Shown: in pieces, positions 8,247 through 9,410 of the stretch
How the letters are laid out: each line of letters opens with the position of its first letter
Position numbering within the stretch: position 1 is the first letter of the stretch
From: Paraspadella gotoi
Taxonomy: Eukaryota; Animalia; Chaetognatha
Direction of reading: 5' to 3'
DNA: 9,410 nucleotides
Assembly (NCBI GenBank): GCA_051294375.1
Contig: JBJCIZ010001115.1
Location: forward strand, 1 to 9,410
The notes under the pieces: model-generated
The model's database searches: none
What the model was told of the DNA's origin: nothing
Seen by the model: only the letters and a program-made list of their open reading frames with translations
Program-made: the position numbers and the translations under genes

Positions 8247-9054
8247 CTAAGCTCTCGACGTTTTTTTTTTTGGCGTTGGGAAGGGGCCCCCCCCCAAAAG
8301 GAAAGGGGGGGGGCCAACATTTCCTGTGTTTGAGAAAAGGACAGAGAGAGAGATGAAGACCTGCAAAAAAGTACTGAATGCGATGTCGAGAGATATTAAA
8401 TCTTGAGGAGTTATTATGCCATATTAATATTTGTAAAATAGCTAATAAGAGGTACACATATACCTGAAGAAGGGTATAAAAATAAAGAAAAACCAGGGCT
8501 CTGGAAAAATGTGACACAGAAACCGTATAAATATTCAGCCACCAACAAAAAAAAAAGTTTACTTATCTCGCGAAAAAAGTATATCACATTTTAATAAAGG
8601 ATATTTACTAAAAACTTATTTAATTTAAAAAAATTAGAATATTTTCAAATTATATTAAATTTTTTTTCAATAGCTTTCCTTCAATCTTTTGTTAGGTCAA
8701 ATGGTTTAGAAGTTACAGGCATTGGCTATTATTATTTCAATCAAAAAATGGTGAAAAAAAGTTTTTTAACTATTTTTGGTATTTAGTATTGTATTTTTAC
8801 TTTTGAAGTATAATTAATTATTTTTAATTTTATTTAATTTTGAAATGCTAAAGGCTTGACTTCTTTTTTGATTGAAAAAAATTGCTATTATAGCTGCTCA
8901 AAAAAAAGAGAAAAAATACAATTTAAATATTCAGGTCTGAAAAGAATTTTATTTAAAGATGTGGAAAAAAACATTCACTGTCATACCTCAATTTTGCTGC
9001 ATGAGGAGCATGCCCAGATAAATACAGCTGTGACTCAATGCCAAAAAAGCCCGG
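8247..9054 (-). CDS. Speculative spliced 3' gene end: exons 9054..8987, 8500..8464 and 8360..8247
   Basis: GT-AG boundaries (GAG|GTATGA; TTTTTCCAG; CAG|GTATAT; TTTTTTGCAG) join in phase to PGFFGIESQLYLSGHAPHAAKLRALVFLYFYTLLQVFISLSVLFSNTGNVGPPPFLLGGGPFPTPKKKTSRA*. AATAAA follows at 8233..8228. No recognisable homology. Confidence 0.22.
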
Positions 9055-9410
9055 CTATACCAAATATTGAGAAATTTTTACCATATTTTGTGTATTTATT
9101 GAACATAGATGATCTGTGATATACTTTTGTTCCTAGCATAGCTACTTCACTACGTCTTTAGATTAAAATTTTCATATTTACAAAGTGAAGACAAAAATGG
9201 TAAAATAAAATAGATTAAGTCCGCGCAAGAATATTTGCACGTGAGAAAGCGATAAATAAGGAAAGCCGACAAAGTCGAACCGAACAATGAAAAAAAAAAG
9301 AGGGAACCGGAATCAAAACAGATAAAGCGATGACAAAACATAAATGGCCAATTATGAGAAAAACTAATGCCGGTGACTGCGAACGTTTCAAAAAGTCAAG
9401 TAACGAGTTT

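Noticed and set aside
8856-9341. ORFs 8856..9119 (+) and 9150..9341 (-)
   Set aside because: Short, AT-rich and composition-driven, with no recognisable motif; the first starts at TTG.
1-9410. Prokaryotic systems (CRISPR, operons, IS elements, defence loci)
   Set aside because: No long ORFs, repeat-spacer arrays or transposase; composition and splice signals indicate eukaryotic non-coding DNA.

Overview
Eukaryotic, AT-rich draft-assembly sequence with two N gaps. It is probably from an invertebrate, and the TTTTCAG/TTTTAG acceptors are nematode-like (inference only). Most of the window is intronic or intergenic: AT-rich spacers alternate with short CpG-rich islands, several next to interrupted (CT)n/(GA)n tracts. 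Nearly all supplied ORFs are artefacts of N runs, microsatellites or a G-rich block. The best coding signal is a minus-strand exon running off the left edge (57..1). Weaker candidates lie at 1063..961 (-), 3473..3459 (-, 15-nt microexon), 6346..6566 (+) and a three-exon chain at 9054..8247 (-). I could not name any gene, and found no tRNA, rRNA, CRISPR array or transposase. The items most worth checking are a spliced-leader-RNA-like arrangement at 5937..5835 (-), a perfect 20-bp palindrome with a CRE core at 3558..3577, repeated CDE/CHR-like motifs at 8065..8150 and a promoter-motif cluster at 7175..7566. None is established from sequence alone.
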